A DNA stretch of 64,000 nucleotides from an uncultured Prevotellaceae bacterium (lineage in GTDB: Bacteria; Bacteroidota; Bacteroidia; Bacteroidales; Bacteroidaceae). The stretch spans positions 24,423 through 88,422 of the forward strand of contig CAMWSK010000002.1 of the NCBI GenBank assembly GCA_947176895.1, in the 5' to 3' direction. The first letter of the stretch is position 1. The number at the start of each line of letters is the position of its first letter. Below, piece by piece: positions 55,078-63,427 of this stretch. Below the pieces are notes generated by a model. The model ran no database searches. It saw only the letters and a program-made list of their open reading frames with translations, and was not told the DNA's origin. A program made the position numbers and the translations under genes.

Positions 55078-56247
55078 ATGAAAAAGAACGTAAAGAACGT
55101 GTTGTTTGCCGTCCTGGCCGGCGTGGTCGTGCTGACCGGCTGCGGCAAGAAAGAGCAAGGTGGTCTGCCCGCCGCCAACTTCAAGACCATGAAGGTGGAG
55201 GCCAAGACCGTAACCATGGAAGACAAATACTCGGCCACCATCCGCGGCCGTCAGGACATCGACGTATACCCCCAGGTGAGCGGCACCCTGCAGGCATTGC
55301 ACGTGACCGAGGGACAAAAGGTGAAGAAAGGCCAGGTGCTCTTCATCATCGACCAGGTTCCCTACATCGCCGCACTGAACACGGCCAAGGCCGCCCTGGA
55401 GGCCGCCAACTCCTCCGTGGCCACGGCACAGGCCGCCGAAGCCACGGCAAAACTGAACTACGAGAGCCGCAAGACGCTGTTTGACCAGAAGGTAATCAGC
55501 GACTATGACCTGCAGACCGCACGCAACAGCTGGCAAAGCGCACAGGCACAAGTGAAGCAGGCACAGGCACAGGTGGCACAGGCCAAAGCCCAGCTGGTGA
55601 ACGCGCAGAACAGCCTGAGCTACACCGAGGTGAAAAGCCCCGCCGACGGCGTGGTGGGCACCCTGCCCTTCCGCCAGGGCGCACTGGTAAGCCCCTCGAT
55701 GCCCACGGCACTGACCACCGTGAGCGACAACAGCCAGATGTATGTTTACTTCAGCATCAACGAGGCCCAACTGCTGGAGATGGCACGCAACAGCGGAAGC
55801 ATTGACTCAGCCGTGGCCGCCATGCCTGATGTGACGCTGCAGCTGGTGGACGGCAGCATCTACGGCACCACGGGCCGCGTGGAGAGCGTGAGCGGCGTGG
55901 TGGACCGCTCGACGGGCAGCGTGCAGATGCGGGCCGCCTTCGACAACGCACACGGTCTGCTGCACAGCGGCAGCACGGGCAACGTGATTCTGCCCGTGGA
56001 ACACAAGGGATGTATCGTGGTGCCCACAACGGCCACCGTGCAGACGCAAGACAAATACCGCGTGTTTGTGGTGAACGAGGAGGGCATAGCCAATGAACGC
56101 ATCGTGACACTCCACCCCCAGCAAGTAAACGACGAGCGCATCGTGCTGAGCGACCTGAAGGCCGGTGAGGAAATCGTGAGCGAAGGCGCCGGCATGGTGA
56201 AGAACGGACAAAAGGTGAAGGGCAACCCCGAACCCAAGAAGTTCTAA
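55078..56247 (+). CDS. Efflux RND transporter periplasmic adaptor subunit (membrane fusion protein)
   Basis: 389 aa. Lipobox LTGC and a coiled-coil hairpin (QAQVKQAQAQVAQAKAQLVNAQNSLSYTEVKSPADG). Confidence 0.92.
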   Translation: MKKNVKNVLFAVLAGVVVLTGCGKKEQGGLPAANFKTMKVEAKTVTMEDKYSATIRGRQDIDVYPQVSGTLQALHVTEGQKVKKGQVLFIIDQVPYIAALNTAKAALEAANSSVATAQAAEATAKLNYESRKTLFDQKVISDYDLQTARNSWQSAQAQVKQAQAQVAQAKAQLVNAQNSLSYTEVKSPADGVVGTLPFRQGALVSPSMPTALTTVSDNSQMYVYFSINEAQLLEMARNSGSIDSAVAAMPDVTLQLVDGSIYGTTGRVESVSGVVDRSTGSVQMRAAFDNAHGLLHSGSTGNVILPVEHKGCIVVPTTATVQTQDKYRVFVVNEEGIANERIVTLHPQQVNDERIVLSDLKAGEEIVSEGAGMVKNGQKVKGNPEPKKF

Positions 56248-56293
56248 CCTCTCGCACATACACATATAAATAAGGTATAAAGAGAAGACAAGA

Positions 56294-59200
56294 ATGAAAG
56301 GAAATATATTCATCAAAAGACCCGTGATGGCTATGTCCATAGCCATCGCCATCCTGTTGGTGGGTGCTATCAGTTACTTCACGCTGCCCGTGGAGACCTA
56401 TCCCAACATCGCTCCTCCCACAGTTTCCGTGTCTGCCACCTACACGGGTGCCTCGGCCGACGCCGTGATGGCAGCCGTAATCAACCCGCTGGAGGAGAGC
56501 ATCAACGGTGTGGAGAACATGCTCTATATGACCAGCACCGCCACCAACTCCGGTTCGGCCAGCATCACCGTCTACTTCAAGCAGGGAACCGACGCCGACA
56601 TGGCAGCCGTGAACGTGCAGAACCGCGTCAGCCAAGCGCAAGGACTGCTGCCGGCCGAGGTGACGCGCATCGGTGTGACCACCACCAAACGACAAACCTC
56701 GTTCCTGCAAATTAACGCATTGGCAAGCAGCAATCCCAAGTATGACGAGGAGTTCGTGAGCAACTATCTTGACATCAACGTCGTACCCGAACTGAAGCGC
56801 GTGGAGGGTGTGGGCGATGTGATGCTGCTGGGCGGCACCTACAGCCTGCGCATCTGGCTGAGACCCGACGTGATGGCCCAGCACGGACTGGTGCCCGGAG
56901 ACATCACGGGCCTGCTGGCCGAGCAGAACCTGGAGGCTCCCACAGGCTCCTTGGGTGAGATGCCCATTGATGACGTGCTCTCGGCCAATGTAAACACTTC
57001 TTATCAGTACACTCTGAAGTATACGGGTCGTCTGAAAAACGTGGAGGAGTTCGAAAACATCGTGATACAGGCCAAGCCCGACGGTTCTCTCCTTCGGCTG
57101 AAGGATGTGGCCGACATAAACCTCGGTGCCGTGAGCTATGCTTACGACGGCCGTGTGAACGGCAAGCCCGGCGTTACCTTCATGTGTTATCAGCTCTCGG
57201 GAGCCAATGCCAAGGAGACCAACGACCGCGTGAGTGCCAAACTTGAAGAGTTGGGCAAGAACCTGCCCAACGGTCTTGAGTTCGTGAACATGATGAGCTC
57301 CAACGACTTCCTGCTGGCCTCCATCGCCAACGTGGAGGAAACACTGATTATCGCCATCATCCTGGTGGTGCTGGTGGTGTACTTCTTCCTTCAGAGTTTC
57401 CGCGCCACCATCATCCCCTCCATCTCCATTATCGTGAGCCTGGTGGGTACTTTCGCCGCCCTGCAGATGGCAGGCTTCTCGCTGAACCTGCTCACGTTGT
57501 TTGCCCTGGTGTTGGCCATCGGTACGGTGGTGGACGATGCCATCGTGGTGGTGGAAGCCGTGCAATCCAAGTTCGATGCCGGCTACACCAGTCCCTATCA
57601 GGCCACGAAAGACGCCATGAGCGACGTGACCACCGCCATCATCTCCACCACGCTGGTGTTCATGGCCGTGTTCATTCCCGTGACCTTCATGGGCGGCACC
57701 AGCGGTGTGTTCTACACCCAGTTCGGTGTCACCCTGGCCACCTCGGTAGGCATCTCCGCCGTGAGTGCGTTGGTGCTCTGTCCCGCATTGGCCGCCATGA
57801 TGATGCGCCCCCAAAGCGAAGAACGGAAGAAAGGGTTCTTCGGCAGGCTGAATGCCCGCACACACATGGCTTACGAGGCCAGCTACAACGCCATGCTGAA
57901 GAAATACACCAACCTGCTTCACCACTTCGTGCAGCGTAAGATGCGCTACATCGTGAGCTTCGGCGCTTTGGCCGTGGCCATCTTCGGCATGATCTTCTTC
58001 TCCACCCAGCTGCCCTCCAGCCTGGTTCCCCAGGAAGACCAAGGCACGCTGATGATGAACGTGTCGGGTGTGCCCGGCAACAACATCACCAGCACCAGCA
58101 AGGTTTTGGACAAAGCCGAGGCCATCATCAAGGACCTGAACGAGACGAGAGTATATAACCGAGTGGCTGGATACGGCTTCCTGGCCGGACAAGGCACGTC
58201 CTATGGTATGATGATTATTAAGTTGAAGGACTGGGGCGACCGCAACTACGGCTTCCTCCATCCCATCGACAACTTCATGAGCACCAGCAACATGGTGGCC
58301 AATGCCAAACTGAACCTGCGACTGATGACAGAGATTCCCGAAGCACAGTGCTTCGTGTTCGAACCGGGCATGATACCCGGTTACGGTATGGGTTCGACGG
58401 AACTGCAGCTGCAAGACAAGACGGGTGCCGCAGACAAGGAAGTGTTCTACAACTACACCCTGCAGTTCCTCGAGAAACTGAACCAACGTCCCGAGGTGGC
58501 TCGCGCCATCACCACCTATGCGCGTAACTTCCCCCAGATCAAGGTGGAGGTGGACGCCGCACAATGCAAGCGTGCAGGCATAAGTCCCTCCGAAGTGCTC
58601 AGCACGATGGGCAGCTATCTGGGCGGCAGCTACGCCAGCAACATGAACCAGTTCTCCCATATCTACCGTGTGATGCTGCAGGCAGCTCCCGAATATCGTC
58701 AGACACAAGAGCAGCTGGACAACATGTTCGTGCGCAACAACACCACCGGCGAAATGGCCCCCCTGAGCCAGTTCGTCAAGCTGACACCCGTGGAGGGTCC
58801 CGAGGTTGACACCCGATTCAACCTCTTCAGTTCCATCTCTGTCAACATCACCCCCGCCGGCGGCGTGGGCACCAGCGACCTGATGCGTGCCATCGAAGAG
58901 ACCAAACAAGAGGTGTTCCCCGAGGGCTACAGCTACGAATACGGCGGCATGGCACGCGAGGAGGCGGAGACCATCAACAGCATGGACACCTACATCATCT
59001 ATGGTGTGGCCGTGTTGCTCATCTTCCTTATCCTGAGCTGTCTTTACGAAAGCTTCCTCATCCCCTTCGCCGTCATCTTCTCCGTTCCCGCCGGTCTGAT
59101 GGGTTCCTACCTGTTCTCATGGCTTTGGAACTTGGGTTACAGCGTGCTGCCCTTCATCTTCCGCGGCCAGATCGAGAACAACATCTACCTGCAGACAGGT

Positions 59201-59614
59201 GTGATCATGCTGATCGGTCTGCTGGGTAAGACCGCCATTCTGATTACCGAGTTCGCACTTGAACGCCGCCGCAAGGGCATGGGTCTGGTGGAGGCCGCCT
59301 TCGCTGCCGCCGAAACGCGTTTCCGTCCCATCCTGATGACCGTGCTCACCATGATCTTCGGTATGATACCTCTGGTGTTCGCCTCCGGTGCCGGCGCCAA
59401 CGGTAACCGCACCATCGGTATCAGTGTGATCGGAGGTATGGTGGTCGGCACTCTGGCCATCCTGTTCACCGTACCCCTGTTCTTCATCATCTTCGGCTAC
59501 CTGCAGGAGCGCATCCGCCCTGTGATGGAGGAGGAAGCAGACCAACAGGTTGCGCTGGAGCGCGAACGCATCCGTCGCGAAAGAGAGGAGTTTGAAAACA
59601 GAAAAAACAAATAA
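56294..59614 (+). CDS. Efflux RND transporter permease subunit (AcrB/MexB-like, HAE1)
   Basis: 1106 aa. N-terminus FIKRPVMAMSIAIAILLVGAISYFTLPVETYPNIAPPTVSVSATYTGASA. It has 12 TM segments and a charged ~40-aa C-terminal extension. Confidence 0.96.
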   Translation: MKGNIFIKRPVMAMSIAIAILLVGAISYFTLPVETYPNIAPPTVSVSATYTGASADAVMAAVINPLEESINGVENMLYMTSTATNSGSASITVYFKQGTDADMAAVNVQNRVSQAQGLLPAEVTRIGVTTTKRQTSFLQINALASSNPKYDEEFVSNYLDINVVPELKRVEGVGDVMLLGGTYSLRIWLRPDVMAQHGLVPGDITGLLAEQNLEAPTGSLGEMPIDDVLSANVNTSYQYTLKYTGRLKNVEEFENIVIQAKPDGSLLRLKDVADINLGAVSYAYDGRVNGKPGVTFMCYQLSGANAKETNDRVSAKLEELGKNLPNGLEFVNMMSSNDFLLASIANVEETLIIAIILVVLVVYFFLQSFRATIIPSISIIVSLVGTFAALQMAGFSLNLLTLFALVLAIGTVVDDAIVVVEAVQSKFDAGYTSPYQATKDAMSDVTTAIISTTLVFMAVFIPVTFMGGTSGVFYTQFGVTLATSVGISAVSALVLCPALAAMMMRPQSEERKKGFFGRLNARTHMAYEASYNAMLKKYTNLLHHFVQRKMRYIVSFGALAVAIFGMIFFSTQLPSSLVPQEDQGTLMMNVSGVPGNNITSTSKVLDKAEAIIKDLNETRVYNRVAGYGFLAGQGTSYGMMIIKLKDWGDRNYGFLHPIDNFMSTSNMVANAKLNLRLMTEIPEAQCFVFEPGMIPGYGMGSTELQLQDKTGAADKEVFYNYTLQFLEKLNQRPEVARAITTYARNFPQIKVEVDAAQCKRAGISPSEVLSTMGSYLGGSYASNMNQFSHIYRVMLQAAPEYRQTQEQLDNMFVRNNTTGEMAPLSQFVKLTPVEGPEVDTRFNLFSSISVNITPAGGVGTSDLMRAIEETKQEVFPEGYSYEYGGMAREEAETINSMDTYIIYGVAVLLIFLILSCLYESFLIPFAVIFSVPAGLMGSYLFSWLWNLGYSVLPFIFRGQIENNIYLQTGVIMLIGLLGKTAILITEFALERRRKGMGLVEAAFAAAETRFRPILMTVLTMIFGMIPLVFASGAGANGNRTIGISVIGGMVVGTLAILFTVPLFFIIFGYLQERIRPVMEEEADQQVALERERIRREREEFENRKNK

Positions 59615-59626
59615 CACTGCATCAGA

Positions 59627-61039
59627 ATGAATAGAAACATATTCACCGTAGTTGCTGCGCTGGTCCTCCTGACCGGCTGCAGCACCACAAGGAAGGGTGT
59701 GCTGAGCACCTATGAGCGCCCTGCCGACTTCAGCACCCAGGGCATCTATGGCGACGCACAGAGCGGCGATGAGCAAAGCCTGGGCGACCTGAGCTGGCGC
59801 GAGGTGTTCACCGACCCCCGGCTGCAAAGCCTCATTGAAAAGGCACTGACCCAAAACGTCAACATCAAGAACACCGACCTGCGCCTGCAGGAAGTGCAAT
59901 ACGCGCTGAAAGCATCCAAGCTGGCCTTCATACCCAGCCTCTATTTCAGCCCCCAGGGCAGCATCACCAAGATGTTCGACCCCTACGACCGCAACAGCAC
60001 CGCCGCCATGACCGCAGGCAACACCAAGAGCTATTCCCTGCCCTTGAGTTTCGGTTGGCAGAACGTCAACTTCTTCCAACTGCGCAACGCCAAGAAGGGC
60101 GCCAAGGTGAGCCTGGAGCAGATGCAGAATACCAAACAATCCGTGCAGGCACAGCTTGTGGCCAGCGTGGCACAGCTCTACTATAACCTCTGTATGCTCG
60201 ACGAGCAGCTGGCCATGATGCAGCAGACCGAACAGAACTGGGGCACCTATACCGACATGCAGCGCAAGCTGATGGATGCCGGACAGAGCAATGCCGCAGC
60301 CGTGGCCAGCATCGAAGCCACCCACCTGAGCATCCAGACCTCCGTGCTGACCCTGAAGGACAATATCCGCATCATCGAAAACAGCCTCTCGACCCTGCTG
60401 GGCGAAAGTTCCCAAAGCTACAGCCGCAGCAGCCTGGCCGGCTTCAAGGCGCCCGCCGTGATGTCCACGGGTCTGCCTCTGCAAATCCTCTCGCGCCGTC
60501 CCGACGTGCGCGATGCCGAGCTGAGCCTGGCCAAAGCTTTCTATGATGTGGCCGCAGCCCGCGCTGCCTTCTGGCCCTCCATCAGCCTCTCGGCCAACGG
60601 CCAGTTCACCAACAGCCTGGGTGCAGCCATCCTGAACCCCGGCATGATGATCGGCAATGCCCTGGCAAGCCTCACCCAGCCCATCTTCGCCAACGGACGC
60701 CTGCGTGCCAACCTGAAGATCAGCAAGGCCGAATACGAGGTGGCCGCCAACAACTTCCAGCAGGCCGTGATCAGCGCGGGCAACGAGGTGAACACCGCCA
60801 ATGTGGAGTTGACCAGCGCAGAAGAACAGGGAGGACTGATGGCAGCCCAAGTGGAGGCTTTGGAGCGTGCCCTGTATGCCACAGAGCAACTTTATGCCCA
60901 CAGCCCCAGCAACTATCTGAACGTCATCAGTGCCCAGAACTCGCTGATTCAGGCTCAGATGAGCTACCTGCAAAACCGCATGGACGCCATCCAGGCCACC
61001 ATCAGCCTCTATCAGGCTCTGGGCGGAGGCACCAAGTAA
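59627..61039 (+). CDS. Efflux transporter outer membrane factor lipoprotein (NodT/OprM family)
   Basis: 470 aa. Lipobox LLTGC. Two TolC-like repeats. The C-terminus is SLYQALGGG. Confidence 0.93.
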   Translation: MNRNIFTVVAALVLLTGCSTTRKGVLSTYERPADFSTQGIYGDAQSGDEQSLGDLSWREVFTDPRLQSLIEKALTQNVNIKNTDLRLQEVQYALKASKLAFIPSLYFSPQGSITKMFDPYDRNSTAAMTAGNTKSYSLPLSFGWQNVNFFQLRNAKKGAKVSLEQMQNTKQSVQAQLVASVAQLYYNLCMLDEQLAMMQQTEQNWGTYTDMQRKLMDAGQSNAAAVASIEATHLSIQTSVLTLKDNIRIIENSLSTLLGESSQSYSRSSLAGFKAPAVMSTGLPLQILSRRPDVRDAELSLAKAFYDVAAARAAFWPSISLSANGQFTNSLGAAILNPGMMIGNALASLTQPIFANGRLRANLKISKAEYEVAANNFQQAVISAGNEVNTANVELTSAEEQGGLMAAQVEALERALYATEQLYAHSPSNYLNVISAQNSLIQAQMSYLQNRMDAIQATISLYQALGGGTK

Positions 61040-61055
61040 ACAGCATTCAATTAAA

Positions 61056-61089
61056 TCACTGCGATGAACGAATAAGTTCATCGCAGTGA
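61056..61089. other. 14-bp perfect hairpin directly after the efflux operon
   Basis: TCACTGCGATGAAC gaataa GTTCATCGCAGTGA, with no T-run. Confidence 0.7.
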
Positions 61090-61097
61090 ATCAACCC

Positions 61098-61140
61098 AAA
61101 CGTCGCGGCGAACCAACCGGTTTACTGCGGCGTTTTTTTT
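61098..61140 (+). terminator. Rho-independent terminator (GC-variant repeat-like)
   Basis: AAACGTCGC pairs with GCGGCGTTT (one G-T pair) around a ~20-nt loop, followed by TTTTTTTT. Its sequence style matches the AAAACGCCGCGGCGTTTT repeats. Confidence 0.65.
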
Positions 61141-61153
61141 ATTCCTCCTTTAA

Positions 61154-61342
61154 GGTAAAGGAAAACAACCATTCCGATTCCGGCAGAAAAACCGTCTCCA
61201 TCCTTTGAAGGTGAAAATGGCCGGTTACTTGGAATGTCACATCGAAAGTGACTTCCCATTGATTGGACGCGACCCGAATACCGATGCCATTGACTTGGTT
61301 CGTTTAGGTTCACACTCCGAATTATTGGGGAATAATAAATAA
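61154..61342 (+). pseudogene. 5'-truncated YafQ/RelE-family toxin remnant
   Basis: The open frame reads GKGKQPFRFRQKNRLHPLKVKMAGYLECHIESDFPLIGRDPNTDAIDLVRLGSHSELLGNNK*. The pattern HPL..x..GY.ECHI..D...I......L.R.GSHS.L matches the C-terminal two-thirds of YafQ-type mRNA interferases. An in-frame TAA lies at 61151, and no room remains for the N-terminal ~40 aa or for an antitoxin gene. Confidence 0.6.
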
Positions 61343-61372
61343 CATGAGTTCGATGAACTTACGGCTCACCAT

Positions 61373-61459
61373 GTAGGGACGTGTCTTTGACACGTTAAGC
61401 CAAGATTGACAGAACATCCATGACATAAAGGTTTCAACGTGTCAAAGACACGTCCCTAC
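61373..61459. repeat. 24-bp perfect inverted repeats separated by 39 bp (MITE-like or long-hairpin element)
   Basis: GTAGGGACGTGTCTTTGACACGTT (61373-61396) and AACGTGTCAAAGACACGTCCCTAC (61436-61459). The outer flanks CTCACC/GGTGAG extend the symmetry. The right end is shared with 49709-49730. Confidence 0.85.
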
Positions 61460-61533
61460 TTCGTGGGTGAGTTGAATTTTGACACAGCTCCGTTTTTCTG
61501 CGGGGTTGGGTTATCAGCCATCTGCAAGATGTC

Positions 61534-61620
61534 AAAAATACATGTTCATCTTTTTCAGAAACATGTTCATGTTTTCGAAAATCATGTTCATGTTTTGACC
61601 GAAAGATGAACATGATTCCC
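61534..61620. repeat. Dispersed intergenic repeat, copy D (inverted orientation relative to copies A and C)
   Basis: aaaaatacatgttcatcttttt, cagaaacatgttcatgtttt, cgaaaatcatgttcatgtttt, then gaccgaaagatgaacatgattccc. It is preceded by tttttctgcggggttggg, which resembles the tail motif of the other copies. Confidence 0.8.
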
Positions 61621-61624
61621 ACAA

Positions 61625-61663
61625 CAGCGCCCCTTGCAACCACGTAAGTCACAAGGGGCGCTG
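61625..61663. other. 12-bp hairpin downstream of the DUF3127 gene
   Basis: CAGCGCCCCTTG / CAAGGGGCGCTG with a 15-nt loop and no clear T-run on either strand. Confidence 0.6.
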
Positions 61664-61699
61664 CGTTATTTGCCTCAAAGGGGAGTTTTTCCACTCAAA

Positions 61700-62110
61700 T
61701 CAGAAGGGCAGGTCGCTGCCGTCCCCGGCCTGATCGGTGAAGCCTCCGGCGGCAGGTGCCGACTGCACGGGGGGGAAGGGATCGGCATTGAAGGGGGGCT
61801 GGGGCGCAGCGGCAGCCGGCTGGGCCGCGGGAGCAGCCACGCCACGGTTCACGGCGAAGGCACGGATGGTGTTGTACCAGCGGCCGTTGTATTCATGCGC
61901 GTCCACGTCGAAGCTGACGGTCAGAGCCTCGCCCAACTGGATGTTCATCGACTGGATACGGTCGATGCCGAACACCTCGAAGCAGAGCTTCTTGGGATAC
62001 TGTTCCATCGTCTCCAACACATAGGTAGCCACCTTCCACTCGTTACCGGTGCGGGCGGAAGTGCCTCCGCGCTCGGGAAGCACGGCAATGATTTTTCCTG
62101 AAATTTCCAT
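61700..62110 (-). CDS. DUF3127-family protein (OB-fold-like) with an SSB-type acidic C-terminal tip
   Basis: 136 aa. The N-terminus MEISGKIIAVLPERGG...WKVATYVLET...CFEVFG is as recalled for DUF3127. A Pro/Ala-rich linker follows. The C-terminus is DGSDLPF. Confidence 0.8.
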   Translation of the reverse strand: MEISGKIIAVLPERGGTSARTGNEWKVATYVLETMEQYPKKLCFEVFGIDRIQSMNIQLGEALTVSFDVDAHEYNGRWYNTIRAFAVNRGVAAPAAQPAAAAPQPPFNADPFPPVQSAPAAGGFTDQAGDGSDLPF

Positions 62111-62204
62111 GTCTTATATTATAATAATGTACTAAATGCCCATTTATCTGTTCGAGCAAAGGTACAACAATGTCGGCGGAATCACTAATTTTCGCACCAT
62201 TTTT

Positions 62205-62235
62205 TTGCTTGGTTGCCGATATTTCCCTATTTTTG
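62205..62235 (+). promoter_or_regulatory. Promoter (TTG-N20-TATTTTTG) for dnaN
   Basis: TTG at 62205-62207 and TATTTTTG at 62228-62235, 49 nt upstream of ATG 62285. Confidence 0.55.
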
Positions 62236-62284
62236 CCTATGAGAAGCTAACTATAACCGAAAACAACAAAAACACGTTTATTAT

Positions 62285-63406
62285 ATGAGATTCACAGTTT
62301 CCAGCACGGCTTTCTACAACCGTCTGACCGCCGCCAGCAAGGTGTTGGCCGCAAAGAACAGTATGCCCATCCTGGAGTGCTTCCTGCTGGACATCAAGAA
62401 CGGCAATGTACAGATTACCGCCAGCGACGGCGAAAAATACTTCGTGACACGCGTGGCGCTGGTGGACAGCGACAACAACGCCCAGCTCTGCATCCCCTCG
62501 AAGCAGCTGATGGACAGCGTGAAGGAGCTGGCCGAGCAGCCCCTGACACTGGAATACAACCCCGAGACCCATGAGGTGCGCGTGATTCACCAGAACGGTG
62601 AGTTCCGCATGATCGGCTACGCCGCCGACACTTATCCCATGCAACAGCCCGTGGCCGGCGAGGCCCGCGAGCTGACGATTGGCGGCGAAGTGTTGCTCGC
62701 CGGCATCAGCAAGTGCCTGTTTGCCACGGCAGCCGATGAGGTGCGCCTGGTGATGACGGGCGTGTACATGGACGTGCAGCCCGAGCAGATAATCTTTGCC
62801 GGCACCGACGGCCGCAAGCTGGTGCGCTACATCAACCGCACCGTACAGAGCGGACAGCAGACGGGCATCATCCTGCCCAAAAAAGTGGCCACCATCATCA
62901 AGGCCATCGTGCAGAAGGACGACCAGCTGACCCTGCGCTTCGACACCGAACGCGCACTGATCCAGTGCGAAACCTTCGAGCTTCACTTCCGTCTCATCGA
63001 GGGCCGCTACCCCAACTACAACGGTGTCATCCCCACCGACAACCCCTTCTGCACCACGGTCGACCGCTCATCCCTGCTCAGCGCCCTGAAGCGTGTGAGC
63101 GTGTTCTGCAACCAGAGCAGCGGACTGATGAAGCTGCACCTGGAGAACAACTCGATGAAACTCACGGGCCAGGACAACGACTACGTGACCAGCGTGGAGG
63201 AGAACCTGGGATGCGACTACAACGGACAGCCCATCAGCATCGGTTTCAGCTGCCACCTGATGATTGAAATCGCCGGCGTGATGGATGCCCAGCAACTCAC
63301 CATCCAGCTGGCCGACCCCAGCCGCCCCGGCATCATCATCCCCGCCGAACAGGGCGAGCAGGAGGAGACCCTCATGCTGCTCATGCCCATGATGCTGAAC
63401 GACTAA
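62285..63406 (+). CDS. dnaN: DNA polymerase III subunit beta (sliding clamp)
   Basis: 373 aa with three-domain clamp architecture. N-terminus MRFTVSSTAFYNRLTAASKVLAAKNSMPILECFLLDI. The C-terminus ends LLMPMMLND. Confidence 0.93.
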   Translation: MRFTVSSTAFYNRLTAASKVLAAKNSMPILECFLLDIKNGNVQITASDGEKYFVTRVALVDSDNNAQLCIPSKQLMDSVKELAEQPLTLEYNPETHEVRVIHQNGEFRMIGYAADTYPMQQPVAGEARELTIGGEVLLAGISKCLFATAADEVRLVMTGVYMDVQPEQIIFAGTDGRKLVRYINRTVQSGQQTGIILPKKVATIIKAIVQKDDQLTLRFDTERALIQCETFELHFRLIEGRYPNYNGVIPTDNPFCTTVDRSSLLSALKRVSVFCNQSSGLMKLHLENNSMKLTGQDNDYVTSVEENLGCDYNGQPISIGFSCHLMIEIAGVMDAQQLTIQLADPSRPGIIIPAEQGEQEETLMLLMPMMLND

Positions 63407-63427
63407 CACCGACACAAACGCAACCGC

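Noticed and set aside
61122-61313. A 63-aa minus-strand ORF in the efflux/DUF3127 spacer.
   Set aside because: It lies antisense to the YafQ-like remnant, which has a clear family signature on the plus strand. The minus-strand translation has no recognisable features.
61040-62284. A possible chromosomal replication origin, considered because dnaN is adjacent and the spacer contains tandem ~21-bp iteron-like units.
   Set aside because: There is no dnaA gene nearby and no cluster of TTATCCACA-type DnaA boxes; I saw only weak single near-matches. The same tandem units recur at several unrelated loci, so they are dispersed repeats rather than origin iterons.
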